This document shows positions 63,195 to 64,000 of a stretch of 64,000 nt of DNA, piece after piece. The notes beneath the pieces are model-generated. The model was not told the DNA's origin. It ran no database searches and saw only the letters and a program-made list of their open reading frames with translations. How positions within the stretch are numbered: the first letter of the stretch is position 1; the number at the start of each line of letters is the position of its first letter. Both the position numbers and the translations under genes were made by a program. The DNA lies in NCBI GenBank assembly GCA_030265395.1, contig JARFYF010000119.1:379021-443020 (forward strand), given 5' to 3'. The DNA is from Rhina ancylostomus (lineage: Eukaryota).

Positions 63195-63838
63195 TTTTAG
63201 GCCCTGTATCCAAGGAAGGATATGCTGGNNNNNNNNNNNNNNNNNNNNNNNNNNNNNNNNNNNNNNNNNNNNNNNNNNNNNNNNNNNNNNNNNNNNNNNN
63301 NNNNNNNNNNNNNNNNNNNNNNNNNNNNGTATCCAAGGAAGGATATGCTGGCCCTGGAGAGGGTCCAGAGGAGGTTTACAAGAATGATCCCCGGAATGAA
63401 AGGCTTAACATACGAGCACTGTTTGATGTCTCTGGATTTTTACTCAATAGAGTTCAGAAGGATGAGGGGGATCTCATTGAAATCTACTAAAAGGCCTGGA
63501 AATGGTGGATGTGGAGAGGATGTTTCCATTAGTAGGAGAGTCCAGGATCCGAGGGCACAGCCTCAGAATAAAGGGATTCCCCATTAAAATTGAGATGAGG
63601 AAGAATTTCTTCAGCCAGGTGGTGGTAAATCTGTGGAATTCTTGCCACAGAGGGCTGTGGAGGCCAAGTCATTCGGTGTATTTAAAGCAGAGATTGATAG
63701 GTTCTTGACTGGCAAGGGCATTAAGGGTTACAGGAAGAAGACAGGAGAATGGGGCTGAAAAAAATATCATAATTGAGTGGTAAGCAGACTCAATGGGCTG
63801 AATGGCCTAATTCTGCTCCTATATCTTAGGGTCTAATA
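63195..63838 (+). mobile_element. CR1 LINE 3' fragment
   Basis: [50 protein letters not shown], tail gggctgaatggcctaattctgctcct. Confidence 0.9.
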
Positions 63839-64000
63839 TCTCACAACAGGCAACCCGTACGTCGCTGGGAGTTGCATTCCTTGAAAACTGTCTCTATCGG
63901 GATTTTCTGTAACACAAAGCCAAGTCATCTGTGCATGCATCAAGAAATAAGAGTTGGGAAAAGAATTATTTACTTACTACCCCCATCCCTCCATAAATTC

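Noticed and set aside
62709-64000. DSP exon 1 / promoter
   Set aside because: No CpG island or suitable ATG exon with a phase-2 donor was seen. The region is intronic with a CR1 fragment, so exon 1 is presumably beyond the window.

Overview
Vertebrate genomic DNA, most likely from a cartilaginous fish (shark or ray; inferred from the repeat families), from a gappy short-read assembly. Almost the whole window is the desmoplakin gene (DSP) on the minus strand. I located coding exons 2-24 (numbered by analogy to human DSP as I recall it) between 62708 and the stop at 4118, with GT-AG boundaries and phases that chain into one reading frame of about 2,620 codons. Exon 1 lies beyond the window end, and the exon 10 donor is hidden in an N gap. 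Downstream on the same strand is the CpG-island promoter and first coding exon of SNRNP48 (130-303), the same DSP-SNRNP48 order as in mammals. The introns contain CR1, Rex1/Babar-like and RTE LINE fragments and V-SINE-like SINEs. They also hold about 10 copies of a palindromic repeat family. The consensus I infer for it forms a minimal type I hammerhead-ribozyme motif of the kind found in Penelope-like element termini, although every copy here is degenerate. The main protein-level oddity is a rod exon with one copy of a segment that is duplicated in mammals, and no DSPII-type internal splice donor.
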